Below, one piece after another: positions 51,608 through 61,511 of a DNA stretch of 64,000 bases. The notes beneath the pieces are model-generated. The model ran no database searches. It was given only the letters and a program-made list of their open reading frames with translations, and had not been told where the DNA came from. Both the position numbers and the translations under genes were made by a program. The DNA is from Alphaproteobacteria bacterium (GTDB taxonomy: Bacteria; Pseudomonadota; Alphaproteobacteria; MPNO01; UBA2964), in the NCBI GenBank assembly GCA_049602055.1, contig JBMYRG010000019.1, positions 1,076-65,075 of the forward strand. The letters are read 5' to 3'. Positions within the stretch are counted from its first letter, which is position 1; every line of letters begins with the position of its first letter.

Positions 51608-51663
51608 CCTGTTCGGGTGGTATCTTGGTCTACGCAACATTTTGCGAACAACTAGGTACCATA

Positions 51664-52158
51664 ATGGACGGTAATGTCGTTGCGCCCGGCGCCAAGCTGG
51701 CCGCATCTGAGATATCCAAGGAAGAGCTGGATCGACGTCTTGCCGCGGCTGATCAAAAGATCAAAAGGCTTGCCCAGAATTTCAATATGGTCGCCGCAGA
51801 TCTGTTCCAGGAAGAGATGGAAAAGTTTCAAGCGGCATGTGCCGTGGGTAATGATGTCGATGTACGGAATGACGCTGTAAAATCTGTCTTTACGGTTACT
51901 CATGATATGCGAGGGTTGTCCAAGACATTCGGCTATCCGCTGCTTGGTGAAATATCCTCGTCCTGTGCGGACTTTATTAAAAACCGCGATATCCTTGAGA
52001 GTGACAAGGAACTGGAGATTGTCCGACTTCATCTTGGGGCGTTAATTCTCATGGCCAAACAGGGCGAAAGCGGTGACGGTGGTGCAGAAGGTGTAGCGCT
52101 GATGTCGCAGCTTACGGCGGCGATCGAAGCCGTCGATAAGGCAGAGAGCCGTCTATAG
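51664..52158 (+). CDS. Hpt (histidine phosphotransfer) domain protein
   Basis: THDMRGLSKTFGYPLL motif. Confidence 0.8.
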   Translation: MDGNVVAPGAKLAASEISKEELDRRLAAADQKIKRLAQNFNMVAADLFQEEMEKFQAACAVGNDVDVRNDAVKSVFTVTHDMRGLSKTFGYPLLGEISSSCADFIKNRDILESDKELEIVRLHLGALILMAKQGESGDGGAEGVALMSQLTAAIEAVDKAESRL

Positions 52159-52233
52159 CGTTCCCTTCTTCCTTGCTACCCCTAAAAACCACTTTTACAC
52201 TCAGACATTGAACACCCCTATTGGGAGACTTCG

Positions 52234-53286
52234 ATGTTTTTGCGTAACGCATGGTATGTCGCTGCTTTTATCGGCGAAGTTGGCCGTGAGCCGCTGGCCC
52301 GAACTCTGCTCAATGACAAGGTCGTGCTGTTTCGAACCCAGGACGGTAGTCCCGTCGCGTTGGAGGACCGCTGTTGTCACCGGGCGCTGCCGCTTTCGAT
52401 GGGGCAGTGCGTTGGCGATAATTTGCAATGTGGATATCACGGGCTGCAGTTTGATCGAATCGGCCAATGCGTTGAGGTGCCGGGCCAGCCCAATATTCCG
52501 CCTGATGCTTCAGTACGGTCTTATCCGTTGATAGAGCGATGGAACTGGATCTGGATATGGATGGGTGATCCGGCAAAGGCCGATGAGACCCTGATCCCTG
52601 ACTGGTTCTGGGCAGATCATCCCGACTGGGCCTGTATTCAGGGTTGTGGAGGCACACCTCTTTATACCAAATGCAATTTTGAATTAATTACGGACAATTT
52701 GCAGGATGTCTCGCACCTGACCTTTATTCATGCGAGTTCTATCGGTAGCTCCGCAGTTTGTGAGTATCCGCCAAAAACCACGAGATCAGAACGCGAAATT
52801 ACCGCAGATCGCTGGATTCCGGACAGACCGCCTGCGCCGTTTTGGAAGAAGGCTGGCGGTTTTGAGGGCAATGTTGATCGCTGGCTGATCAGCACGACAA
52901 TTTTACCGTCCTGCACGGTGAATGACGCGGGCAGCGTCGAAGTAGGTACTGACGCGCGACAGGGGCATCGCGAGCACGGTGCCGAGATGCGGGTTCTCAA
53001 TGCACCAACGCCGGAGACCGAAACCACGACTCATTATTTTTACCAGCATGCCCGGGGATTTGAGGTTGATAACCCTGAGTGGGATGAGATTTACCGAACC
53101 CAGTTCACAGAAGTATTTCTTGAAGACAAGGTCGTCCTGGAAGCGCAGCAGGAAAGCATGAGCCGCACCCCTGATGCCGCGATGATCGATATCAATGACG
53201 ATGCGCCGAGTATCGCGATCCGCAAGGCGTTGCGGGCGGCGATCGCGGCAGAGCAGGCTGAAAACCGGCAAGCGGTAGCCGGATAA
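52234..53286 (+). CDS. VanA-like Rieske oxygenase/demethylase alpha subunit
   Basis: FLRNAWY, CCHR..CGYHG, DNLQDVSHLTFIH, EDKVVLEAQQ. Confidence 0.9.
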   Translation: MFLRNAWYVAAFIGEVGREPLARTLLNDKVVLFRTQDGSPVALEDRCCHRALPLSMGQCVGDNLQCGYHGLQFDRIGQCVEVPGQPNIPPDASVRSYPLIERWNWIWIWMGDPAKADETLIPDWFWADHPDWACIQGCGGTPLYTKCNFELITDNLQDVSHLTFIHASSIGSSAVCEYPPKTTRSEREITADRWIPDRPPAPFWKKAGGFEGNVDRWLISTTILPSCTVNDAGSVEVGTDARQGHREHGAEMRVLNAPTPETETTTHYFYQHARGFEVDNPEWDEIYRTQFTEVFLEDKVVLEAQQESMSRTPDAAMIDINDDAPSIAIRKALRAAIAAEQAENRQAVAG

Positions 53287-53424
53287 AATCCCTACATTTT
53301 TTGCCTTTTCGGCTATCGCGAGGCAGAAAATTCGGCGTATACTTTGAACCATTCCGGGAAATGGGCATCTGACACAAGACCCAAAATTTCTGTAATCCGG
53401 CTGGTTCGACAACAGGGGAGTCCC

Positions 53425-54708
53425 ATGAAGATATCTCGAATGACGAGCGCGCTTGCCGTGATGGCTGGTGTTTTAGGCATGACGGCAACGATGTCGGCGG
53501 CAGATGCCAACGAAGTTGAAAAGTTTTATAAGGGTAAAACGCTGACAATCTGGAGTGGTCTTTCTCCAGGCGGGTCTTACACGGCCTATGCGTTGGCCCT
53601 CAAGGATTACATGCCCAAATATATTCCCGGTAATCCGACCATTATCGTGGGTAGCCGGACAGGCGGTTCAGGCCGTGTCCTCGCTAACTGGATGTATAAT
53701 GTCGGTCCCCGGGACGGATCAATGTTCGGTCTGATCCATGAACGGATGGGGTTGGAACCGCATGTCTATCCCAAAGGCACTCGGTTTGATGGCCGTGAGC
53801 TGACCTGGATTGGTAGCATGGCGAAACAAAAGAGTGTCTGCTACACGTGGCACACGTCCAAGGTGAAAACCTTTGAAGATGCCCAGAAGATGACCGCGAT
53901 TGTGGGTACCAGCTCGTCGACCGCGACGGGTTCGGTCATGCCGCGCATGTTAAATTCAATGGCTGGAACAAAATTCAAGATCATCCGTGGTTACGATCCG
54001 GCAGAAGTCTTTTTGGCGATGGAACGCGGTGAGCTTGATGGTCTTTGCGGTTATGGTTGGGGCAGCATGAAGACAGCGCGTCCTGACTTTATCCGGGACA
54101 AGAAGTTGAACCTGATCCTGCAGTTCTCCGACAAGAGTCATGCAGAGCTTGATGGCAAGGTACCGGTCATGATGGATTACATCACCAACCCGAGGGATCG
54201 GGCCATGCTCAAGCTTGTCTTTGGAACGCAGGAAATGGGTCGTCCGTTTGCAGGGCCGCCAGCCATGCCTAAAGCGCGTATCGCGGCACTGCGAAATGCA
54301 TTTAATATGGTGATGAAGGATCCGGAATTCCTGGCGGATGCCAAAAAGCGGCGTCTGGAAATTGATCCGATTACCGGTGAGACGATTCAGGCGCTTGTTA
54401 ACGAGCTCTATAAGACCCCAAAAGATATCGCAGCGCTGACGGCTGGATATCGCAAACCAGCTAAAGTTGGCGAGTCCAAGCGTAAGATCAACTGGAAAAA
54501 GGTCGATGTGACGCTGTCCAAGAAAAAGGGCCGCTATGTTTACTTCACGGTCGGTAGTGAGGCGCATCGCGCCAAGCTTCATGGCAAGCGCACCAAGGTG
54601 ACAATTGCAGGCAAGAAAGCCAAAACCAAAAATCTTAAGGCTGGTCTGAAATGTAATGTAACTTATCCTGGCCATCATGGTCTGGCGAAGGCGATTACCT
54701 GTCAGTAA
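53425..54708 (+). CDS. TctC/Bug binding protein with a basic C-terminal extension
   Basis: FYKGKT, PGGSY, ERGELDG, GRPFAGPP; extra ~80-aa Lys-rich domain. Confidence 0.85.
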   Translation: MKISRMTSALAVMAGVLGMTATMSAADANEVEKFYKGKTLTIWSGLSPGGSYTAYALALKDYMPKYIPGNPTIIVGSRTGGSGRVLANWMYNVGPRDGSMFGLIHERMGLEPHVYPKGTRFDGRELTWIGSMAKQKSVCYTWHTSKVKTFEDAQKMTAIVGTSSSTATGSVMPRMLNSMAGTKFKIIRGYDPAEVFLAMERGELDGLCGYGWGSMKTARPDFIRDKKLNLILQFSDKSHAELDGKVPVMMDYITNPRDRAMLKLVFGTQEMGRPFAGPPAMPKARIAALRNAFNMVMKDPEFLADAKKRRLEIDPITGETIQALVNELYKTPKDIAALTAGYRKPAKVGESKRKINWKKVDVTLSKKKGRYVYFTVGSEAHRAKLHGKRTKVTIAGKKAKTKNLKAGLKCNVTYPGHHGLAKAITCQ

Positions 54709-54732
54709 GGTAATCCATCTCGTTGAGATTTG

Positions 54733-54767
54733 CCCGCTTCCCCAATTGGGGGAGCGGGTTTTCTTTT
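54733..54767 (+). terminator. Rho-independent terminator
   Basis: CCCGCTTCCCC-AATT-GGGGGAGCGGG followed by TTTTCTTTT. Confidence 0.85.
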
Positions 54768-54793
54768 GTTTATGGCGCAGATTGGTCGGTTTC

Positions 54794-54856
54794 TTGACAC
54801 AAATCACCCAGCCCTAGATTATTCGTACACAAACAAGTTTTTGAGTACACTCATTA
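54794..54856 (+). promoter_or_regulatory. nicR promoter with tandem operator boxes (autoregulation)
   Basis: TTGACA-17-GATTAT; TTATTCGTACACAAACAA at 54819-54836 and TTTTGAGTACACTCATTA at 54839-54856. Confidence 0.7.
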
Positions 54857-54870
54857 GGGTTTTGCGGCGT

Positions 54871-55317
54871 ATGACAGCGAAAGATGGCTATATTCTGGAA
54901 CGCCAGGCGGGGCATTTACTGCGTCGCGCGCATCAGCGTCATTCGGCTATTTTTCAGGAAAATATCGGCGATGCACAGCTGACCCCGTTGCAATTCGCGG
55001 CGCTGATCAAGCTTCGCGATCTCACTGAGGTTTCCCAGAACCATCTCGGTCGCTTAACAGCAATGGATGCGGCGACGATGCAGGGCGTCATAAAACGTCT
55101 CGCCTCCCGTGGACTGATCGAGCGGCGGCCCGATCCAAATGACCGACGCCGTTTGATTCTGAGCTTGAGTATTGAAGGACGCGATCTTGTCGAAGCGCTG
55201 GTCAATAACGGCAGTAATATTACGGCGCAAACGCTTGAGCCGCTGACCGCAGCAGAACAGAAAACGTTTTTGGACTTGCTGACTAAGCTGGCGCAGCTAA
55301 ACGGTAATATTGAGTAG
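54871..55317 (+). CDS. nicR: MarR-family regulator, NicR-like
   Basis: QAGHLLRRAHQRHSAIFQ..QLTPLQF..SQ..TAMDAAT..DPNDRR matches recalled NicR/BpsR sequence; lies near hnr. Confidence 0.75.
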   Translation: MTAKDGYILERQAGHLLRRAHQRHSAIFQENIGDAQLTPLQFAALIKLRDLTEVSQNHLGRLTAMDAATMQGVIKRLASRGLIERRPDPNDRRRLILSLSIEGRDLVEALVNNGSNITAQTLEPLTAAEQKTFLDLLTKLAQLNGNIE

Positions 55318-55332
55318 AAACGTCTGGACGCT

Positions 55333-56658
55333 TTAACGCGTGGCGTTAAGGCCCTCGATCATCCCTTCAACGGTACTGAATTTTTTGCGCGGCGCTGGCT
55401 CGGGAGCGGCTTTTTCTTCCAGCTCCTTGATCACCAGCCAATCATCAAACGAGATAGCCTGGAGATTGCGTTCTTTGGTCAGTACGTCGAGCGCATCAGG
55501 GCCGGGCTTTGCCTCGCCGCCAAAGTCAGCGACCAGGAGGTCGGTGACGGCATAGGAATCCAGCCGGTTGGTACCGATCGTGCCAGTAGCCCCGCGTTTG
55601 ACCCAGCCGGCCGCATAAACACCCGGCGCGACGCGGCCTTCTTCATGCTCGACAATACCGCTGCGTTCATTAAAGGGAATACCTTCAATGGCTTCGGCAC
55701 GTGATCCGATGCAGGTTATGACCATTTCGCAGGGGATATCAAAAGTCTCGCCGGTGCCGACGCAACGGCCGCCTTCGACCTTGGTGCGTTCCATGCGAAT
55801 GGCTTCAACGCTGTCACCGCCAAGGATTTCAATTGGCGAGGCATAAAACTCAATATGGACCTTACGACGCTTCTCCCCGGCTTTCGCCTTGGAAAGGTCT
55901 TTGAGTGTATCGACAATACGGGCGCGCACTTTCTTTTCGCGGTCATCCATTTCTTCCGGCATTTCGTCCGGCAAAATAGAGCCATCGACGACAGTTGTCG
56001 CGGCCTCGAGGACACCCATCTCCTTGAGCTCGTTATTCGTACAGGCGGCTTCCAGAGGTCCCCGTCGCGCAAACATATATATGTCTTTGAGTGATGCCGC
56101 GTCGATATCGTCCATCGCGTAATCAGCAATATCGGTTGTAGCCATTTCAGCCGGTGTTCGCGACAGGACACGTGCAACGTCAATAGCGACATTGCCGATA
56201 CCAATTACGGCAGCGGTATTGATGTTGAGATCGGGGCCAAGGTCCTTAAAGTCGGGGTGGCAGTTATACCAGCCGACAAAAGCGTTTGAGCCATAGACGC
56301 CTTTCTTATCTTCGCCAGGGATGCCGAGTTTATTGTCATATGGGGCGCCATAGGCCAGCACCACGGCATCATAAATAGCGGTTAGTTCTTCGAGGCTGAC
56401 ATCACGCCCGAGCGATATATTCCCGACATAACGCACGTTCTCATTCTCGGTAATACTCTGGGCATATTTCTGGTCGACCCGCTTGGTCTTCTGATGGTCG
56501 GGGGCGACGCCACCTCTGATCAGTCCAAACGGAGATGGCAATCGGTCGATGATGTCGATACGGCACCCGGGTGCTTTCTCTAACAACGCCTGTGCGACAT
56601 ACATGCCGCCGGGACCGGAACCGACGATGGCGACACTGCGGTCACTGAACTCACTCAT
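55333..56658 (-). CDS. Ferredoxin-NADP+ reductase (adrenodoxin reductase/FprA type)
   Basis: GSGPGG, PFGLIRGGVAPDH, IGIGNVAIDVAR, RRGP, GWVKRGATG. Confidence 0.9.
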   Translation of the reverse strand: MSEFSDRSVAIVGSGPGGMYVAQALLEKAPGCRIDIIDRLPSPFGLIRGGVAPDHQKTKRVDQKYAQSITENENVRYVGNISLGRDVSLEELTAIYDAVVLAYGAPYDNKLGIPGEDKKGVYGSNAFVGWYNCHPDFKDLGPDLNINTAAVIGIGNVAIDVARVLSRTPAEMATTDIADYAMDDIDAASLKDIYMFARRGPLEAACTNNELKEMGVLEAATTVVDGSILPDEMPEEMDDREKKVRARIVDTLKDLSKAKAGEKRRKVHIEFYASPIEILGGDSVEAIRMERTKVEGGRCVGTGETFDIPCEMVITCIGSRAEAIEGIPFNERSGIVEHEEGRVAPGVYAAGWVKRGATGTIGTNRLDSYAVTDLLVADFGGEAKPGPDALDVLTKERNLQAISFDDWLVIKELEEKAAPEPAPRKKFSTVEGMIEGLNATR

Positions 56659-56755
56659 TCTTAAATCCGCGTTTTATTATTAAGCCCAAAACTGCGGGTG
56701 ATGATAGCCGAACCATGTGCTGAGGAAACCCCTGCCGGTACACTTTTCCACAACA

Positions 56756-56790
56756 AAAAGCCCCGGAAAAATGTATTTGCCGGGGCTTTT
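56756..56790. terminator. Stem-loop terminator downstream of korB
   Basis: AAAAGCCCCGG...CCGGGGCTTTT. Confidence 0.75.
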
Positions 56791-56810
56791 CGTAATATGA
56801 AATGAAAGAA

Positions 56811-57836
56811 TCAGACGACGGTCCAGGTCTTTCCTTTATGCATCAACTCGTTGATCGGAATTGCCGGTGATTTTTTAGTCACATCGGCGATCTGCTCGTA
56901 CACGGCTTCATCGTATGCTGGACCGGGGTCGCGGAAGATAACTCCCATGGCAACCGGGAAGTTTGGAGGCTGCATCCCAGCCAGCATAAGCGCCAGCGGG
57001 CGATTGGTTTCATCATGGATCAGAATGTCATCTTCAGTGACACCATTCTCCCCAATCGTAACGACCTCAAGTTCCATTTTACCGGGGGTCATGCGCAGGC
57101 CTTTTTCATTTTCCTTACCGAACAGCAGCGGTTTGCCATGCTCGCAAAGAATCTGACCATCAGCCGCGTTGGCCTTGTCGGTGAACGAGGAATATACGCC
57201 ATCGTTATAAACGATGCAGTTCTGCAGGATTTCAACAAACGAAGCACCCTTGTTTTCTTTTGCTTCCTGCAGCAGTCCGGGAAGGACTTTCTGGTTGGTG
57301 TCGACAGAGCGCGCAACAAACCGGGCATTACAGCCAAGCGCATAAACACAGGCGGAAACCGGAGAATCGACTGAACCTGCAGGGGTTGAGGGTGAGCGCG
57401 TACCGACTTTCGATGTCGGTGAATATTGACCCTTGGTCAGGCCGTAGATCTCGTTGTTAAACAGCAGGACCTGAACATCGATGTTGCGGCGCAGAACATG
57501 CAGTGTGTGATTGCCGCCGATACTCAGCATGTCGCCGTCACCACCGATGACCCAAACGTCGAGGTCAGGGTTTGCCAGCTTGACGCCGGTGGCAACAGCC
57601 GGGGCACGACCATGGATCGTGTGGAAACCGTATGTTGCCATGTAATAAGGGAAGCGGGCGGCGCAACCGATACCGGAAACGAAGACGGTGTTCTTCGGAT
57701 CGGCTCCCATATTTGAGAGGGCCTTTTGTACGGCCTTAACGATTGCATAGTCACCACAACCTGGGCACCAGCGTACTTCCTGATCGGAAGCATAATCGTT
57801 TGGCTTAAGAGCTTCTGGGGGGCTTTGAACGTTCAT
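56811..57836 (-). CDS. korB: 2-oxoacid:ferredoxin oxidoreductase beta subunit
   Basis: WCPGCGD, SGIGC, HGR, GDGD, NNEIYGLTKGQYSPT. Confidence 0.93.
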   Translation of the reverse strand: MNVQSPPEALKPNDYASDQEVRWCPGCGDYAIVKAVQKALSNMGADPKNTVFVSGIGCAARFPYYMATYGFHTIHGRAPAVATGVKLANPDLDVWVIGGDGDMLSIGGNHTLHVLRRNIDVQVLLFNNEIYGLTKGQYSPTSKVGTRSPSTPAGSVDSPVSACVYALGCNARFVARSVDTNQKVLPGLLQEAKENKGASFVEILQNCIVYNDGVYSSFTDKANAADGQILCEHGKPLLFGKENEKGLRMTPGKMELEVVTIGENGVTEDDILIHDETNRPLALMLAGMQPPNFPVAMGVIFRDPGPAYDEAVYEQIADVTKKSPAIPINELMHKGKTWTVV

Positions 57837-57839
57837 CGA

Positions 57840-59705
57840 TTAGTCCTCCAACCGGCTACGGATTTCTCGTTCCAGATCGGAAACCTTAAAAGGTTGACCA
57901 GTAATCTGGGCGAGAGATTCCGCCGGTACTAGATATTCAGAGCGGAGCAGCGTAACCAGCTGTCCGTTATTCATTTCGGGAACCAGGATTTTATCAAAAC
58001 CCTTCAACAAATCACCGAGGTTACGCGCCAGCGGCCAGATGTAACGGATATGGATGTGAGAAACATCCAGACCGTCTTCCTGACAACGACGGGTTGCCTG
58101 TTCAATAGCCCCGAACGTTGAACCCCAACCGACGACGACCATCTTGCCCGACGTGTTCCCTGACACGACTTCCTGCTCTGGAATATCATCGGCGATGCCG
58201 AGAATTTTCTGAGCCCGGACCTTGGTCATCTTGTGATGATTGTCGGAGTCATAAGAGATATTGCCTGAATCGTAGTCTTTCTCGATCCCGCCAATCCGGT
58301 GCTCCAGACCCGGTGTCCCGGGGATGGCCCAGTTGCGGCCTAATGTCTTCTCATCACGAAGATAGGGGTGGAAGCCTTCGGTCTCGCTGGCGAACTCAAC
58401 CGGGAATGGTTCGACATCATCGGTGTCAGGCAGTTTCCAGGGCTCCGCCGCGTTGGCGAGGAAGCCTTCATTGAGGAACATAACCGGGGTCATGTATTTG
58501 GTCGCCAGACGAACCGCTTCAATCGCGCAGTCATAACAGTCTGACGCAGTAGAGGCAGCAATGACCGGCATCGGTGTATCACCATTACGACCAAATACCG
58601 ATTGATACAGGTCTGACTGCTCGGTTTTGGTCGGCATACCCGTTGACGGTCCAGCGCGCTGGAAGTTTACAATGATCAGCGGTAATTCGGTTACAACAGC
58701 GAGGCCGAGCGCTTCTGACTTCAGCGCGACACCTGGACCGGAACTGGATGTGATTCCCAGCGATCCGGCATAAGACGCCCCGAGTGCTGAACAGATAGCG
58801 GATATTTCGTCTTCTGCCTGGAAGGTAACAACCCCATACGCTTTCAGATTACTCAGCGAATGCAGTAGCGGTGAAGCTGGTGTAATCGGGTAGGAGCCAA
58901 AGAAAATATCCAGACCGGCTTTCTGAGCGCCGGTGAGGAGACCCCAACAGGTTGTTTCAACACCGGTGACAGCGCGGTAGATGCCGGGCTCCACTTTGGC
59001 TTTGGGAACAACATAGGTACTGATTTCACTTGGCAGCTCAGCAGTTTCGCCAAAGGCGTGTCCGGCATTGAGCGCTGCAATATTGGCTTCTGCGATGTGC
59101 GGTAATTTACCGAAACGCTGGTTCAACCAATCAATTGTTGGCTGACGATCACGATCATACATCCAGCACATCAGACCCAACGTCCACAAATTCTTGGCGC
59201 GAAGTGCTTCTTTCTGGGTGACGTCGATGCCTTCAACGGCGGCCAGCGTCATTTTTGAGATATCAATCTCAATGACGCGGTAGCTGTCGAGCGAGTGATC
59301 TTCCAGAGGGCTTTCCTTGTAACCGGCTTTCTCGATATTACGCGCCGTAAAGGCACCGAGATTGAGGATCAGCGTACCGCCGGGGACAAGGTCCTTTAAA
59401 TGGACCTTAAGAGCCGCCGGGTTCATCGCGACCAGAACATCCGGGGCATCGCCCGGAGTTTTGATGACATGCGAGGCGAAGTTGATCTGGAAAGCTGAAA
59501 CCCCATAGGTCGTTCCGACCGGCGCGCGAATTTCAGCAGGAAAATCAGGGAACGTCGAAAGATCGTTGCCCATTAAGGCCGTTGACTGGGTGAACTGCGT
59601 TCCCGTCAGCTGCATTCCGTCGCCCGAATCACCCGCAAAGCGAATAACTACAGAGTCCAGAATTTCGCGGCCGCTCTCGTCGGTTTCTTTGAGTTGTGTA
59701 GCCAT
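57840..59705 (-). CDS. korA: 2-oxoacid:ferredoxin oxidoreductase alpha subunit
   Basis: RFAGDSGDG, YPITPAS, QAEDE, QRAGPSTGMPTKTEQSD. Confidence 0.93.
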   Translation of the reverse strand: MATQLKETDESGREILDSVVIRFAGDSGDGMQLTGTQFTQSTALMGNDLSTFPDFPAEIRAPVGTTYGVSAFQINFASHVIKTPGDAPDVLVAMNPAALKVHLKDLVPGGTLILNLGAFTARNIEKAGYKESPLEDHSLDSYRVIEIDISKMTLAAVEGIDVTQKEALRAKNLWTLGLMCWMYDRDRQPTIDWLNQRFGKLPHIAEANIAALNAGHAFGETAELPSEISTYVVPKAKVEPGIYRAVTGVETTCWGLLTGAQKAGLDIFFGSYPITPASPLLHSLSNLKAYGVVTFQAEDEISAICSALGASYAGSLGITSSSGPGVALKSEALGLAVVTELPLIIVNFQRAGPSTGMPTKTEQSDLYQSVFGRNGDTPMPVIAASTASDCYDCAIEAVRLATKYMTPVMFLNEGFLANAAEPWKLPDTDDVEPFPVEFASETEGFHPYLRDEKTLGRNWAIPGTPGLEHRIGGIEKDYDSGNISYDSDNHHKMTKVRAQKILGIADDIPEQEVVSGNTSGKMVVVGWGSTFGAIEQATRRCQEDGLDVSHIHIRYIWPLARNLGDLLKGFDKILVPEMNNGQLVTLLRSEYLVPAESLAQITGQPFKVSDLEREIRSRLED

Positions 59706-59794
59706 GGTTCCGATTAGGTTGATTGGCGAAAAAAAACGCCAGATTTCCGGTTCAGTTAAATGTCTTTAGTAGGACAAAAACGCTCAATAAATAA

Positions 59795-59854
59795 TTGTAT
59801 GTACACGAACAATTGATGTGGCAGCCAGTATCGGATAAGTCGGGAATTTGTCAA
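59795..59854 (-). promoter_or_regulatory. korAB promoter with NicR-like operator
   Basis: Minus-strand TTGACA (59854-59849)-16-GATACT; box TTGTATGTACACGAACAA at 59795-59812. Confidence 0.75.
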
Positions 59855-59935
59855 GAGGATCGAGCGTTATTTAAATCCCCAAAAGGCAAAAAAGAGTGAA
59901 CGAATTTCAGTGACCTTTTGATCATTTGATCTGTC

Positions 59936-59981
59936 TTGACAGAAAACGGTCGCTCGCGGATATTTGTATGTACACAAACAA
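59936..59981 (+). promoter_or_regulatory. hnr promoter with NicR-like operator
   Basis: TTGACA-17-GATATT overlapping box TTGTATGTACACAAACAA at 59964-59981. Confidence 0.8.
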
Positions 59982-60017
59982 TTATTCAGACGCGGCTAAT
60001 GAGCTGGGGAGAGCGCC

Positions 60018-61511
60018 ATGGCGGATGACACAAAAAGCAAGGATGATGGTCTGATCAGATGCGATGCGTGCCCGGTTCTTTGCCGAATTCGCGATGGAAA
60101 AACAGGGGCTTGCGACCGGTATGGTAATTTCGACGGCAAGCTGGTCCGCATGGATCCGGTCGTTGTTGCGCAAAAAGTCATGGACGAAAAAGGCGAGATG
60201 ATCCCGTTTGCCCAGGCCTCGGAAAGCTGGGATGGCTCACTCATTAGTCAGGCCCCGACTTTTTTGACCGGTATTGGCTCGACAACCACCTATCCGGATT
60301 ACAAGCCAGCACCATTTATCGTGTCCAGCGAGCAAGATGGCGTCGATATGGTCACCGTCGTCAGCGAAGGTGTATTCAGCTATTGCGGCGTGAAGGTGAA
60401 GATCGACACTGATGCCTATATTGGTCCCGAACCAGCTGCGATCCGGGTCAATGGCGAACAGGTCGGCCATGTGACGACGGCTGAATATGGTTCCCAGATG
60501 CTGGCGATTGGCGGTGTCCGGCATCTGACCGGGGGCAGCAAAAAAGAGGGCAACACCACCTGCAATACGATGATGCGGCTGTGTAATAAAGAAGCAGTCG
60601 AGATGACCATCGATGGCGGTGCCGAGATCGTTGTGCAGGCTGGCAAACCTCCCATCATCAACGGTATTCAGGAAGAACGCATGCGGGTTGGTTGCGGGTC
60701 GGCCACCGTCGGTATTTTTGCACCGCAATGGCACAACCATGTTGATGAGGTGATCGTGGTCGATGATCACATCACAGCAGTCTTAAGCGAGCATCAGGCA
60801 GGCAAGTTTATTGATATGCCGCCAGCAGGTATTAAAGTCCGCGGTCGTCGGTCAACGCCAGGCCGCTATTTTCAGGTTGCCGATCACGGCGCGGGCTGGG
60901 GTGGCACCGACATTATCGATCCGCTCGACATCATCGAAAAAATTGATCCTGAGGTGGCCTGGGCGGGGCTGCGTCTGTTGATGGTTTCAACAACGGGGCA
61001 GGATTCAGCTTATTTTGAGCTTGATGAGGAGCTGAAGCCAATCCAGAAAGACATGCCGGAAGCAGTGCAAATTGTTGTCGACAGAATTGGTGAAAACTGC
61101 GAGCCAGCGTTGTGTTCGGTTATGTTTATGGCTGGCGCGGGTGGCAGTTTACGCGCTGGCGTGACCGTCAATCCGGTATTGCTGACACGCTCCGTCAAGA
61201 AATCACACACCGAAGTCACGTGTGGTGGGGCTCCGGTTTTTGTCTGGCCGGGCGGTGGTATTACGCTTTTGGTTGATGTTAATGAAATGCCCGATAATTC
61301 ATTCGGCTATGTACCAACGCCGGCACTGGTAGCGCCAATCGAGTTTACGATACGCGCCGATGAATATGGTGCGCTTGGCGGTTATGTGGATCGCATCCGG
61401 TCTTTGGATGATGTCCTGGAGAAAGAAAAAATTCGATCTGTGCCCTGGCATGAGGATCACCCCTGGCCGCTGGACGTTGGCAAAGCGGTTGAAGAGGCCC
61501 AGGACAGCTGA
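60018..61511 (+). CDS. hnr: 6-hydroxynicotinate reductase
   Basis: CDACPVLC..GACDRY Fe-S motif, YPDYKPAPFI, MRVGCGSA, RSTPGRYF, GAGGSLRAG; UPF0280/DUF1185 context. Confidence 0.88.
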   Translation: MADDTKSKDDGLIRCDACPVLCRIRDGKTGACDRYGNFDGKLVRMDPVVVAQKVMDEKGEMIPFAQASESWDGSLISQAPTFLTGIGSTTTYPDYKPAPFIVSSEQDGVDMVTVVSEGVFSYCGVKVKIDTDAYIGPEPAAIRVNGEQVGHVTTAEYGSQMLAIGGVRHLTGGSKKEGNTTCNTMMRLCNKEAVEMTIDGGAEIVVQAGKPPIINGIQEERMRVGCGSATVGIFAPQWHNHVDEVIVVDDHITAVLSEHQAGKFIDMPPAGIKVRGRRSTPGRYFQVADHGAGWGGTDIIDPLDIIEKIDPEVAWAGLRLLMVSTTGQDSAYFELDEELKPIQKDMPEAVQIVVDRIGENCEPALCSVMFMAGAGGSLRAGVTVNPVLLTRSVKKSHTEVTCGGAPVFVWPGGGITLLVDVNEMPDNSFGYVPTPALVAPIEFTIRADEYGALGGYVDRIRSLDDVLEKEKIRSVPWHEDHPWPLDVGKAVEEAQDS

